The notes under the pieces are model-generated. The model ran no database searches. It was not told where the DNA came from and saw nothing but the letters and a program-made list of their open reading frames with translations. The translations under genes and the position numbers were made by a program. Below, one piece after another: positions 23,470 through 34,084 of a DNA stretch of 64,000 nt. Origin of the DNA: an uncultured Alphaproteobacteria bacterium (GTDB lineage: Bacteria; Pseudomonadota; Alphaproteobacteria; HIMB59; GCA-002718135); the NCBI GenBank assembly GCA_902616075.1, contig CACMRK010000004.1:22346-86345 (forward strand), read 5' to 3'. How positions within the stretch are numbered: position 1 is the first letter of the stretch; each line of letters begins with the position of its first letter.

Positions 23470-24210
23470 TTATTCTTTAGGAATTTCGCAAACGGGAATA
23501 GGCTTCATCTTATGAAGATTTGGCTTTCTAATTTCTTCGTATCTACTGTAATATTCACTAGACTTATTATCCATTGCTTCTTCTAATTGCTTATATGAAA
23601 GACCAAGCTGGCTTTCATCATTTCTACTATCATCCCATAAACCATCTGTCGGTGCTGCGCTAATAATATCTTTTATAACCCCAATTTCTTCGGCTAATTC
23701 CCACACCTCAGTTTTAGTACAATCTGCTATTGGCGATATATCTACACCTCCATCACCATATTTTGTATAAAATCCAACACCAAAATCTTCAACTTTATTT
23801 CCAGTACCGACAACTATACCATTATTACTTTGAGCTATTTGGTATAGAGTTACCATTCTTAGTCTAGATCTTGAATTTGCAAAAGCTAACTCACTATCAA
23901 AATTTTGCATTGTATTTTGAAATGTTTTAAAAACATTATCTAGCTCGATTATTTTTGTTTCTACATTTGGGTAATTTTGCTCTAAAAATTCTAAATGTCT
24001 TAAACTTAAATCATGTTGTGATGAATTTTGCTTAATTGGCATTGAAACAGCTATAGTTTTTAAACCAGTTTGAGCACATAAGGTGCTAGTAAGAGCTGAG
24101 TCAACTCCTCCTGACACTCCTATTACTAGTGTAGTTGGATTATTATTTATAGATTTAGCGTAATCTTTAATCCAATTGGTAATGTATACGATTTTATCTT
24201 TTGAATTCAT
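23470..24210 (-). CDS. nadE: NH3-dependent NAD+ synthetase (single domain)
   Basis: SGGVDS, RLRM..LY, FYTKYGDG, PTDGL; no nitrilase domain. Confidence 0.93.
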   Translation of the reverse strand: MNSKDKIVYITNWIKDYAKSINNNPTTLVIGVSGGVDSALTSTLCAQTGLKTIAVSMPIKQNSSQHDLSLRHLEFLEQNYPNVETKIIELDNVFKTFQNTMQNFDSELAFANSRSRLRMVTLYQIAQSNNGIVVGTGNKVEDFGVGFYTKYGDGGVDISPIADCTKTEVWELAEEIGVIKDIISAAPTDGLWDDSRNDESQLGLSYKQLEEAMDNKSSEYYSRYEEIRKPNLHKMKPIPVCEIPKE

Positions 24211-24231
24211 AAGTATTATATAAATATAAAT

Positions 24232-25605
24232 TTATAAATTTGAAGATTGCTTTGAGAGCAATTTTTCTTCTTTTAAAAAATCTGATAATAAAAAAGCCAA
24301 TTCTAGAGACTGCGAGGCATTTAGTCTCGGATCACAATATGTATGATATCTATTTTTTAAATCTTCATCTGTTATTTCTTGAAGACCTCCCATACATTCT
24401 GTAACATCTTGACCAGTCATTTCTAAATGGACGCCGCCTGGATATGTTCCTTCGCTTCTATGAATTTGAAAAAATTGCTGAATTTCAGAAATTATATCTT
24501 TTAATGGCCTAGTTTTAAAACCCGTGTTAGATTTGATAGTATTTCCATGCATGGGGTCACAAGTCCAAACAACATTTTTACCAGCTGAATTAATTGATCT
24601 AATTATTTTTGGAAGTATTCCACTAACTTTTTCATGACCCATTCTGCATATCAGCGTTATTTTTCCAGCTTCATTATTTGGATTCAACACATCTAATATC
24701 TTTAATAGTTCTTCTGTCTTTGTGCTTGGACCTACTTTAATACCTATAGGGTTCTCAATACCTCTTAAAAATTCAATATGTGCTCCATCAAGTTGTCGTG
24801 TTCTGTCACCTACCCACAACATATGAGCTGAAACATCGTACCACTTACCTGAAGTACTATCTATTCTTGTTAATGCTTCCTCATATTGAAGAAGTAAAGC
24901 TTCATGACTTGTAAAGAAGTCTGTTTCATTTAATTGTCTTACACTGTTTCCATTTATTCCACATGCCTCCATAAAAGATAAGCATTCGTCAATTCTAGAA
25001 GATATCTCTCTAAATTTAGCAGCATTCTCACCTTTGACAAAATTTAGGTTCCATTGATGTATTTTATTTAAATTGGCAAAACCGCCCTGAGAAAAAGCTC
25101 TTAAAAGATTAAGTGTAGATGCAGACTGATTGTAGGCCTGAATTAATCTATCTGGATTAGGATCTCTGTCTTTTTGATTGAAGTCTATCCCATTAATTAT
25201 ATCGCCTTTATAAGACTCAAGTTCTAAATCATTAATAACTTCTGTTGCAGATGATCTTGGCTTTGCAAACTGTCCAGCAATTCTTCCTACTTTAACAATT
25301 GGACAAGAAGCGCCAAACGTTAATACAACAGCCATTTGTAAAATAACTTTAAATGTATCTCTAATATTATCTGGATGAAAATCTGCAAAACTTTCTGCAC
25401 AATCTCCACCTTGTAATAAAAAAGCATTTCCGTTTGAAACTTCTCCAAGTTTCTTTTTTAATAGTCTCGCTTCTCCAGCAAAAACTAAAGGTGGATATTT
25501 GGAAATTTCATTTAGAGTTTTATTTAGATGATCTTCATTCTGATAGTTAGGCATATGAAGAGCATTTTTATTTCTCCAACTATTTGGTGACCATTTATCG
25601 CTCAT
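24232..25605 (-). CDS. Class II DAHP synthase
   Basis: LQGGDCAESF, GQFAKPRS, DPMHGNT, CDPRLN. Confidence 0.95.
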   Translation of the reverse strand: MSDKWSPNSWRNKNALHMPNYQNEDHLNKTLNEISKYPPLVFAGEARLLKKKLGEVSNGNAFLLQGGDCAESFADFHPDNIRDTFKVILQMAVVLTFGASCPIVKVGRIAGQFAKPRSSATEVINDLELESYKGDIINGIDFNQKDRDPNPDRLIQAYNQSASTLNLLRAFSQGGFANLNKIHQWNLNFVKGENAAKFREISSRIDECLSFMEACGINGNSVRQLNETDFFTSHEALLLQYEEALTRIDSTSGKWYDVSAHMLWVGDRTRQLDGAHIEFLRGIENPIGIKVGPSTKTEELLKILDVLNPNNEAGKITLICRMGHEKVSGILPKIIRSINSAGKNVVWTCDPMHGNTIKSNTGFKTRPLKDIISEIQQFFQIHRSEGTYPGGVHLEMTGQDVTECMGGLQEITDEDLKNRYHTYCDPRLNASQSLELAFLLSDFLKEEKLLSKQSSNL

Positions 25606-25652
25606 AATTTGAAAAGGCTCATAAACCCTAATATATCTTGAAACAAGGGTTA

Positions 25653-26951
25653 TTATTTAGATCTTTTATTTCTTAGAATTTTTAAGGCTGATCTTTCAAT
25701 AGCAAGTGAATTTTTGGGAATATTTTTAGTGATAACACTACCTGCGCCAATTCTAGATTTAGACTCAATTACAACTGGAGCAATGAGTGATGTGTTTGAA
25801 CCTATAAATACATTATCTTTTATTATCGTTTTGTGTTTTTTCTTTCCATCATAGTTACAAGTTATAGTGCCGGCACCTATATTCACATTATTTCCTATTT
25901 CTGAATCTCCAACATATGAAAGATGAGCAATAGAAACATTATTTCCAATTTTAGAATTTTTTATTTCAACAAAGTTACCAATCCTTGATTTTTTTCCGAT
26001 TTTTGTTTTTGGCCTTAATCTAGCACTTGGACCAATATGTGAATTTTCATCTATTGTAACCTCTTCTAAGTATGAATTACTTTTAATTATTGAACCTTTT
26101 TTTATAATTGTTTTTTCCTTTATTGTAACATTGCTTTCAATTGTAACAGTAGGTTCAATTTTGGTGTCATAGCTTAAATAACAAGTATTGGGTTTTAAAA
26201 AATTGACTCCATTTTTTATAAAATTTTTTACGTATTTTTTTTGCAAGATATTTTGTACAACATTAAAATCATCCAATGTATTTATGCCCAACATTGTTTC
26301 TTTGTTGCACTCAATATAATTAATAGGAATATTTTTTTTTGAAAAAATTTTGCATATATCAGGAAGATATCTTTCTTTTTTAATTTTATTTTCTTTAATA
26401 TTTTTTAAATTATCAAATAATAATTTAGTATTTGCTATCAAAATACCAGAATTACATAAATTAATTTTTTTTTGTTCAGGTTTTAAATTGATTTGCTCAA
26501 TTATTTCTTCAACGTAGTTGTTATTCAATAATAACCTACCATAACCATGTGGCTCTGAGGTATTAAATGCAATTAATGAAGCTTTCGCTTTACTTTTTTT
26601 AAATTTACTTACTAGTTTTCTTATATCTTTAATTTCAACTAAAGGTGTATCACCAAATAAAATTAAAATATTTTTTGATTTAACATATTTTTTAACTTGC
26701 TCAATTGCATCAGCGGTTCCTTTTTGTTTTTTTTGAACAACTAACTTTGAAGTATTTAATATTAATTTTAATTCTTCTTTATTTTTTTCATTAGATACAA
26801 CTAATATATTTTTACCAGATATTTTTTTTGCAATATTAAAAATATGTGAAACAATTGGTAACCCGCATAATTGATAAACAAGCTTTGATTTACTTGCTTT
26901 AAATCTCGTACTATTGCCTGCAGCAAGTATAACAGTTGTAATATCAGACAT
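25653..26951 (-). CDS. glmU: Bifunctional GlmU (UDP-GlcNAc pyrophosphorylase / acetyltransferase)
   Basis: LAAG..TR, GYGR, hexapeptide repeats, HLSYVGD, GAGTITCNYDG. Confidence 0.93.
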   Translation of the reverse strand: MSDITTVILAAGNSTRFKASKSKLVYQLCGLPIVSHIFNIAKKISGKNILVVSNEKNKEELKLILNTSKLVVQKKQKGTADAIEQVKKYVKSKNILILFGDTPLVEIKDIRKLVSKFKKSKAKASLIAFNTSEPHGYGRLLLNNNYVEEIIEQINLKPEQKKINLCNSGILIANTKLLFDNLKNIKENKIKKERYLPDICKIFSKKNIPINYIECNKETMLGINTLDDFNVVQNILQKKYVKNFIKNGVNFLKPNTCYLSYDTKIEPTVTIESNVTIKEKTIIKKGSIIKSNSYLEEVTIDENSHIGPSARLRPKTKIGKKSRIGNFVEIKNSKIGNNVSIAHLSYVGDSEIGNNVNIGAGTITCNYDGKKKHKTIIKDNVFIGSNTSLIAPVVIESKSRIGAGSVITKNIPKNSLAIERSALKILRNKRSK

Positions 26952-26955
26952 TAAG

Positions 26956-27588
26956 TTAGAAATTTCTTAAAATTTCGTTTCCAACATTAATTATTTCTTT
27001 TGAAGCATCTGATGTAACACTTATATCTACTACACCCCTTCCAACTGAGAATGTTTCTGCAAATAATACTTTGCTCGACAGTCGGGAGCGAGCAATTTTA
27101 GCACCAGCGTATCTTAAACGCAAAATCATTGCGTCAGTTAATTTTGCTCTCGGCATCACTCTATTAAGAATAATTATTGGATTTTTTCTTTCTTGTTTTG
27201 CAATTTTTAAAAAAGGAAGTGTAGCCATTAAGTCTACTGGACTTGGTTGTACTGGAACAAATACTCTATCAGAAGCTTTTACAACCTGCATTGTTTCAAA
27301 AGTTATAGATGGAGGGCTATCAATTATTATAAAGTCGTACTTTCTTTTTATGGCTTTAATTTCATCTATTAAATTCCTTATATCAAAATTTAATTGAGTT
27401 ATTCCAATATCATCTTCACCATAATAAGATTTTCTTGCTTCAAGCCAATATGATAGACTTTTTTGTGCATCAGCATCTATAACAGCTACTTTGTAACCAC
27501 TATTGCTCCACAAAACTGATAAATTTGCTGAAAGAGTTGATTTACCTGAACCACCTTTTTGATTCGAAAATGCTATAACTTTTCCCAT
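26956..27588 (-). CDS. Orphan ParA/ParF-like ATPase
   Basis: KGGSGKST deviant Walker A, DADAQ, IDSPP; no adjacent parB. Confidence 0.85.
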   Translation of the reverse strand: MGKVIAFSNQKGGSGKSTLSANLSVLWSNSGYKVAVIDADAQKSLSYWLEARKSYYGEDDIGITQLNFDIRNLIDEIKAIKRKYDFIIIDSPPSITFETMQVVKASDRVFVPVQPSPVDLMATLPFLKIAKQERKNPIIILNRVMPRAKLTDAMILRLRYAGAKIARSRLSSKVLFAETFSVGRGVVDISVTSDASKEIINVGNEILRNF

Positions 27589-27645
27589 ATACAAGTATTG
27601 ATAATAACTATTTTAAAGATAGATGGAAACATTTTATAAAAAAAT

Positions 27646-28563
27646 ATGAAAAAAAATAAGTTAGATATTGCAAAAAATTTATTAAGCAGTGGAGAACTTG
27701 TAATATTTCCCACAGAAACAGTATTTGGTCTTGGAGCAGATGCAACAAATGATGAGGCTGTAAAATCTATTTTTAAAGTAAAAAAAAGACCAAGAAGTAA
27801 TCCAATTATCTGTCACTTTAAAAGTATTAAACAAATAGAAAAATATTTTATTTTAAATAAATTTGAAAAAAAATTAGGTTCAAAATTCTGGCCTGGTCCT
27901 TTGACAATAATATTAAAAAAAAAGAAAAATTCTAAAATATCAAAATTAGTCTCTAATAACTCAACTTTAGTTGGCTGCAGAATTCCTGGTAATAAATTGG
28001 CTAAAAAATTAATTACTTTATTTGACCTACCTATTGCAGCCCCTAGTGCTAATCTGTCAGAAAGAACTTCCGTAACCAATATTATGGATATTGATCCTAT
28101 TCTAGTAAAAAAAATATTTGTTTTAAAAGATAAACAGTCTTCTCATGGACTAGAGTCCACAGTTGTTAGAATTGATACCAATAATGAAATTGAAGTATTA
28201 AGATATGGCAGCATAACTGTTGAAGAGCTAAATAAATATGCAAAAGTAAAAATTAAAAAGAAATCATCTATTTCTCCTGGTAATTTAAAAAAACATTATT
28301 CAACTTTAAAGCCAATAAGAATGAATGCTAAGAGAATACTAAAAAATGAAGGTTTATTAAATTTTGGTAATAATAAATTAAAGTCTAAAATAATTAATTT
28401 AAATTTGAGTAATAAAAAAAATTTAAATGAAGCAGCAAAAAATTTTTATCATTATCTTCATAAATTAGATCAAAGTAGATGCAAAAAAATTGCTGTAGTA
28501 GAAATACCTGATAAAGGGCTTGGCAAAACTATAAATGACAGATTAAGAAGAGCAATTAAGTAA
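27646..28563 (+). CDS. tsaC: Threonylcarbamoyl-AMP synthase, Sua5 type
   Basis: FPTETV.GL, K.RP..NP, APSAN.S, SPG....HY, INDRL.RA. Confidence 0.92.
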   Translation: MKKNKLDIAKNLLSSGELVIFPTETVFGLGADATNDEAVKSIFKVKKRPRSNPIICHFKSIKQIEKYFILNKFEKKLGSKFWPGPLTIILKKKKNSKISKLVSNNSTLVGCRIPGNKLAKKLITLFDLPIAAPSANLSERTSVTNIMDIDPILVKKIFVLKDKQSSHGLESTVVRIDTNNEIEVLRYGSITVEELNKYAKVKIKKKSSISPGNLKKHYSTLKPIRMNAKRILKNEGLLNFGNNKLKSKIINLNLSNKKNLNEAAKNFYHYLHKLDQSRCKKIAVVEIPDKGLGKTINDRLRRAIK

Positions 28564-29886
28564 TTACAATCTATTTAAATAATCCATTAACCTATAATAA
28601 ATAATGGCTGAAGAATACAATGGTCTTCTAAACATGTTGCCACCTGGAATTTTAAAATGATTAATTTGCTCAAACATATCAAAATTATTTGATTTATTTA
28701 AAATTTTTTCAGCTACCATTTTTCCTCCCATAATACTCATAGCTAAACCATGCCCAGAGTAAGCATGAGCATAATATAACTTTTGATTCATTATAGTTCC
28801 AAAAATAGGCAATCTATTAATCGATATTGCCAAGGTACCTCCCCAAGAAAATTCAATTTTAAATTTTTTTAATTCAGGAAAAACTTTATACATTCGTTTA
28901 GAAACAAAACTCTTTGCATCTTTTACAAAATGAGATGTAATTGTTTCAGGTCCTCCAAAAAGAAGTCTGTAGTCTTCTGAAAATCTATAATAATCAATCA
29001 TAAATCTAGAATCTATTACGCCACAATTTCTTTTGATTAATTTAGTTGCCAGATTTTTTCCGAGAGGTTCAGTTGCAATAATATAATTGTTTATAGGCAT
29101 AAAATAATTTCTTTTTGATCCTAAAAGATTATCAAGATAACCATTACAACCAATAATTACTTTCTTCGCTTTAATAATATTTTTTCCAGAATGAATTATA
29201 ACTTCTTTTTGATTATCAATAATTTTATCAGCTGGAGAATTTTCATATATATTTATACCATTTGCTAAACACTGTTCTGCTAAGCCATATGTTAGTTTTA
29301 ATGGGTTCAAATGATAAGAATCCTTTAAAAGCATCCCAGAAAAATATCTGTCACTATTAACTTCATCTCTTATTGAATTGTGATCAAAGTATTCATAGTT
29401 ATTATAATTATAATTCTTCTGCATATGCTCAATTTCATCTTCAAAATACTTATAATCTTTTTTTGTGTTGCCAACATGAAGAACACCTTGTCTAAGAGCA
29501 CAATCAATTTTGTATTTTTCAATTAAATTAACTACATTTGACACAGCATCTAATCCAACTTTCCAAAAAAAGTTTGATTTTTCAATACCAAATTTTTTTT
29601 CCAGGTAGAACTGATCCTTTCTCATACCAATTCCTAGTTGACCACCATTCCTACCAGAGGCACCAGATCCAACTTTGTTTGCTTCCAAAATAGTTATTGA
29701 TAAACCTTGATTAGATAAATTTAATGCAGAAGAAATACCTGTTAAACCACCTCCAATAATACATACATCAGTTGAAATATTCTCATTTAATTTAATTTGA
29801 TTAGGAAAATTAGGTGCCGAAAATTTATAAAAACTCTCTTTTTCATTATCATGTTGATTAAAGGTCCTTTTTTTTGTAGTAAACAT
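28564..29886 (-). CDS. FAD-dependent oxidoreductase, gamma-glutamylputrescine oxidase (PuuB)-like
   Basis: GGGLTG, GASGRNGGQ, DYYR, YSGHG; divergent from a PuuA-like gene. Confidence 0.8.
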   Translation of the reverse strand: MFTTKKRTFNQHDNEKESFYKFSAPNFPNQIKLNENISTDVCIIGGGLTGISSALNLSNQGLSITILEANKVGSGASGRNGGQLGIGMRKDQFYLEKKFGIEKSNFFWKVGLDAVSNVVNLIEKYKIDCALRQGVLHVGNTKKDYKYFEDEIEHMQKNYNYNNYEYFDHNSIRDEVNSDRYFSGMLLKDSYHLNPLKLTYGLAEQCLANGINIYENSPADKIIDNQKEVIIHSGKNIIKAKKVIIGCNGYLDNLLGSKRNYFMPINNYIIATEPLGKNLATKLIKRNCGVIDSRFMIDYYRFSEDYRLLFGGPETITSHFVKDAKSFVSKRMYKVFPELKKFKIEFSWGGTLAISINRLPIFGTIMNQKLYYAHAYSGHGLAMSIMGGKMVAEKILNKSNNFDMFEQINHFKIPGGNMFRRPLYSSAIIYYRLMDYLNRL

Positions 29887-29936
29887 TAACTTATCTTTAA
29901 TGGTTTAATAATAATTAGTAAACAAACAGTCTCAAT

Positions 29937-31304
29937 ATGATTGAAAAATTTCAAAATTGGTTTCATGAAAACTCTATTACAGAAGTTGAATGTTTAGTTC
30001 CAGATCTTGGAGGTATAGCAAGGGGAAAAATTTTACCAACTAATAAATTTTTAAAAGGACTGGAAGATGAAAGTCACAGATTACCACAGTCAACTTTTAT
30101 TCAAACAATATCAGGAGATTATGCAACTGAGGACTCTGCCGGTGCTTTACCAAGAAGTGTTTACAATCCAACTGACATTGATGTAATTTTAAAACCAGAT
30201 TTTAATACAATGAGAGTAGTGCCATGGTACGAAGACCCTACTGCACAAATTATCTGCGATGCAATAAATCTTAACGGAGATGATGTTATAAATTCTAGTA
30301 GGAATGCTCTAAAAAATATTCTTAAACTTTATAAAAAAGATAAATTAACTCCAATTGTTTCACCAGAGTTAGAATTTTATTTAGTAAAACCTAATGCTGA
30401 CTCAGATTATCCTCTTGAAGTGCCAGTGGGTCAATCAGGTAGACAAGAAACAGGTAAGCAAGCCTTGGGTATAGATGCTGTTAACGAATTTGATCATCTT
30501 TTTGAAGATGTATATAATTATTGTGAAGCACAAAATATTGAAATTGATACTATTAACCATGAATCTGGTTCAGCTCAGATGGAAATTAATTTTCAGCATG
30601 GTGATCCTTTAGATCTAGCAGATCAGGTATTTTTATTTAAACGAACTCTAAGACAGTCGGCTTTGAAACATAAACTTCATGCAACATTTATGGCAAAACC
30701 TATGGAGAACCAACCAGGTAGTGCAATGCACATACATCAATCGATATATAATGAAAAAAATAAAAATATTTTTTTTAATCAATCATCTAAAATTTCAAAA
30801 AAAATGAAAAATTATTTAGGTGGGTTGGAAAAATATACTCCATTATTAATGCCTATATACGCTCCAAATATAAATTCATTTAGAAGATTGTTTGCAACTT
30901 GGGGTGCTCCTAAAAATGTTAAATGGGGAATAGGTAATAGAAGTTGTGGTTTTAGAATTCCATCAATTGAGGAAAGGAATATACGTATTGAAAATAGAAT
31001 TCCTGGATCTGATACAAATCCATATCTTGTTTTTGCAGCTAATTTAGCTTCAGGATATTTAGGAATGAAAAACAATTTAAAACCAAATCCAGAAACTAAA
31101 GATAGTGCATTTAAAGATAAAAATTCTAATTTACCTAAAAATATGGATGAATCGTTAACTCTCTTTGAAAATGATGAAGATATAAAATCTATATTTAACG
31201 AAAAATTTGTGAGGTCGATTGCTGCGATAAGAAGAGTTGAGTATCAAGCTTATTTATCAGTAATAAGTTCTTGGGAGCGAGAATATTTATTACTTAATGT
31301 TTAA
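29937..31304 (+). CDS. Glutamine-synthetase-family gamma-glutamylpolyamine synthetase (PuuA/SpuI-like)
   Basis: PD..GIARGK, PELEFYL, HE.G.AQMEIN, PGSAMHIHQS, ISSWEREYLLLNV; polyamine gene context. Confidence 0.82.
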   Translation: MIEKFQNWFHENSITEVECLVPDLGGIARGKILPTNKFLKGLEDESHRLPQSTFIQTISGDYATEDSAGALPRSVYNPTDIDVILKPDFNTMRVVPWYEDPTAQIICDAINLNGDDVINSSRNALKNILKLYKKDKLTPIVSPELEFYLVKPNADSDYPLEVPVGQSGRQETGKQALGIDAVNEFDHLFEDVYNYCEAQNIEIDTINHESGSAQMEINFQHGDPLDLADQVFLFKRTLRQSALKHKLHATFMAKPMENQPGSAMHIHQSIYNEKNKNIFFNQSSKISKKMKNYLGGLEKYTPLLMPIYAPNINSFRRLFATWGAPKNVKWGIGNRSCGFRIPSIEERNIRIENRIPGSDTNPYLVFAANLASGYLGMKNNLKPNPETKDSAFKDKNSNLPKNMDESLTLFENDEDIKSIFNEKFVRSIAAIRRVEYQAYLSVISSWEREYLLLNV

Positions 31305-32088
31305 ATTTTTTATTAAAATAAAAATAAAATAAACCAATTATTATTAAAGCAAACATTAAAATTGCTGATAATGCGTTTACTTCAGGACTCAATCCTAATC
31401 TAACTTTAGAAAAAACTACAATTGGCAATGTGTTAGCTCCAGGCCCAGTAGTAAAACTTGCAACAACTAGATCATCTAAAGAAATTGTAAAAGCTAATAA
31501 CCAACCAGCAATAATAGAAGGCAAAATTATTGGTAAAGTTATCTTATAGAGTACCTTTGTATAATTATAGCCTAGATCCATCGCAGCTTCCTCAATATTT
31601 TTGTTAAAGTCAGTTAATCTTGCTTGAATAATAATTGCGACAAATGCAATACAAAAAGTAACGTGCGATATAAAAATAGTTAATTGTCCTCTAGATGATG
31701 GAAATCCAATTACATTATTTAAGCTTATAAAAAAAAGTAACATTGAAAGACCTAAAATTAATTCTGGTAAAACCAAAGGTGTTGAAGAAAGAAAAATATA
31801 GAATGATTTAAAAGGAATTTTTCTTATTCTTACAAGTGAATATCCAATCATAACTCCTAAAATTGTAGCAAAAGTTGCAGACAAAGCTGCAATTTTAATA
31901 CTAATAATAAATGCCTCAATTATTTGTTCATTATTAAATAATTCATTGTACCATCTTAAAGAAAATCCTTTCCAAACCATTACTCTCTTATTTTCATTAA
32001 ATGAGTAAAAAATTAAAACTAAAATTGGGAAATATAAAAAAAATAAACCTAAAAAAATAACTGTACTTTTGATTAAACTAGATTTCAT
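31294..32088 (-). CDS. potI: Polyamine ABC permease PotI/PotC
   Basis: EEAAMDLG, SLDD, TLP; ATG at 32088 preferred. Confidence 0.85.
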   Translation of the reverse strand: MKSSLIKSTVIFLGLFFLYFPILVLIFYSFNENKRVMVWKGFSLRWYNELFNNEQIIEAFIISIKIAALSATFATILGVMIGYSLVRIRKIPFKSFYIFLSSTPLVLPELILGLSMLLFFISLNNVIGFPSSRGQLTIFISHVTFCIAFVAIIIQARLTDFNKNIEEAAMDLGYNYTKVLYKITLPIILPSIIAGWLLAFTISLDDLVVASFTTGPGANTLPIVVFSKVRLGLSPEVNALSAILMFALIIIGLFYFYFNKKFKH

Positions 32089-32965
32089 TTTTTTGACTCC
32101 AACGAGAATAAAGTATTTGAAAAATAACAATTGGCAAAACCAAAATAATAATTCCACTAAAAGCTAAAGCACTAGCACCGGGCCAATTTCTATTAACAAA
32201 GAATTCCTCCCATAATATTTTTCCATAATACAATCTATCACTACCACCTAACATTTCAGGTATAATAAATTCTCCAACAACAGGTATAAAAACTAATAAA
32301 GATCCGGCAACAATTCCTGGAACAGACAAAGGAAGAATAACTTTAAAAAAGGTTTTAATACGATTTAATCCTAAATCTTTTGATGCTTCAATTAAATTTA
32401 AGTCAAATTTATTTAAGTATCCATAGAGCGGTAAAATCATCAAAGGTAAATAAGTGTATACAATTCCCATGATGACAGCATATTGATTGTATAATAATTG
32501 AAGTGGTTCTGATATTATGCCTAGATTTAGAAGTATTACATTTAAAATTCCATTATTCTGTAAAATTATTTTCCATGCATATACTCTTAATAAAAATGAT
32601 GACCAAAATGGAATTACTACTAAAACTAATAGGATATTTCTTAATCTGATATTTGAAGTCGCAATATAAAAAGCTAATGGGAACCCAATAAGTAAACAAA
32701 AAAAAGTAGATATTAGAGCTAGTATCAAAGAGTTTACAAAAGATCCAATGTAGTAATAATCACTAAATATATAAACATAGTTTTCAAATGTAGTATTGAT
32801 CTTAAATCCATTATCAAAAAGAAAAATATCTTGATAAGGAGGCATACCCCATTCTGATACCGAAATTGATATTTTAAAAATTATAGCTAATGGTATAAAA
32901 AAAAATAGAACAAGCCAAAAATAAGGACTAAAAACAAAATATTTTTCAAATAATTTATTTTTCAA
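32078..32965 (-). CDS. potH: Polyamine ABC permease PotH/PotB
   Basis: PFWSSFLLRVYAW, EAS.DLG, FIPVVGEF. Confidence 0.85.
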   Translation of the reverse strand: MKNKLFEKYFVFSPYFWLVLFFFIPLAIIFKISISVSEWGMPPYQDIFLFDNGFKINTTFENYVYIFSDYYYIGSFVNSLILALISTFFCLLIGFPLAFYIATSNIRLRNILLVLVVIPFWSSFLLRVYAWKIILQNNGILNVILLNLGIISEPLQLLYNQYAVIMGIVYTYLPLMILPLYGYLNKFDLNLIEASKDLGLNRIKTFFKVILPLSVPGIVAGSLLVFIPVVGEFIIPEMLGGSDRLYYGKILWEEFFVNRNWPGASALAFSGIIILVLPIVIFQILYSRWSQKNEI

Positions 32966-34033
32966 TTAATCCTCTAAAGCCTTAATTGATTCACTTTCCC
33001 AAGTACAAATGACTTTCTCCCCTTTTGGGAAATTATAATTTGAGTTGGAGTTAAAATTCTGATCTAAAACTGAAATTATCATATTTTTAATTTTAATTTC
33101 ATAACGTGTAAAGCTTCCCAAATATGATTTTTCTAAAATTTCTCCACTAAAGGAATTAAATAAACTTGTTTTCAAATTATTTATTGATTGTATTTTTATT
33201 TTCTCTGGTCTTAGTAAAATATTAGTTTTTGTATTTTTTAATTCTTTGTTTAATTTAAAATTTATACCTAAATCATCAGAATAAAAATTTTCATCTTTCT
33301 TATAAATCTCAATTATATTTGCAATTCCTATAAAATTGGCAGTATAAAGACTTTTAGGATTTTCATAAATCTCTTCAGGGCTAGAACATTCCAAAATAAG
33401 ACCATTCTTCATTATTGCCATTCTATCAGATAAGGACATTGCTTCTTCCTGATCATGGGTGACAAAAACAAATGTAATTTTTAGTTTCTTTTGGAGTGTT
33501 GTTAACTCTAATTGTGTTTTTGATCTTAGTTTTTTATCTAGTGCCGCAAGAGGCTCATCTAATAATAATAACTTAGGTTTTTTTATTAAGCACCTTCCAA
33601 GGGCAACTCGTTGCTGCTCTCCCCCTGATAATTGCTTAATTCTTCTATTTAATAAATGTTCAATAGATAAAAGTTCGGCGATATTTCTTACGTTTATTTC
33701 AATTTCTTTTTGAGTAAAATTTTCTTTTATTCCAAAAGCTAAATTATTAAATACATTTAAATGAGGAAATAAAGCATACGATTGAAACATATAGTTTAAT
33801 GGCCTATCAAAAGGCTCAAGGTTTGTTATGTCAATTCCATCGAGTATTATACGTCCTGTATCCGGCTTCTCAAATCCGCCTAATATTCTTAGTAAGGTAG
33901 TTTTGCCTGAACCAGAAGATCCTAAGAGACCAAAAAATTCAGATTTTGATATATTTAAATTAATATTTTCTAAAACTTTGTTATCTCCAAAGGATTTAGA
34001 AATATTTTCAATTACAAGAAAATTATTATCCAT
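32966..34033 (-). CDS. potG: Polyamine ABC ATP-binding protein PotG/PotA
   Basis: GSSGSGKTT, FQSYALFPH, LSGGEQQR, VTHDQEEA. Confidence 0.85.
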   Translation of the reverse strand: MDNNFLVIENISKSFGDNKVLENINLNISKSEFFGLLGSSGSGKTTLLRILGGFEKPDTGRIILDGIDITNLEPFDRPLNYMFQSYALFPHLNVFNNLAFGIKENFTQKEIEINVRNIAELLSIEHLLNRRIKQLSGGEQQRVALGRCLIKKPKLLLLDEPLAALDKKLRSKTQLELTTLQKKLKITFVFVTHDQEEAMSLSDRMAIMKNGLILECSSPEEIYENPKSLYTANFIGIANIIEIYKKDENFYSDDLGINFKLNKELKNTKTNILLRPEKIKIQSINNLKTSLFNSFSGEILEKSYLGSFTRYEIKIKNMIISVLDQNFNSNSNYNFPKGEKVICTWESESIKALED

Positions 34034-34039
34034 CTTAAA

Positions 34040-34069
34040 TCAGCACTAATATTAATATATTAGTGCTGA
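34040..34069 (-). terminator. Intercistronic hairpin after the polyamine-binding protein gene (leaky terminator or mRNA stabiliser)
   Basis: Perfect 13-bp stem TCAGCACTAATAT-N4-ATATTAGTGCTGA, 6 nt upstream of the potG ATG. Confidence 0.65.
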
Positions 34070-34084
34070 AATGAAGTATATTTT

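Noticed and set aside
29937..31304. Canonical glutamine synthetase glnA
   Set aside because: Sequence style and polyamine context fit gamma-glutamyl-amine ligases rather than GSI
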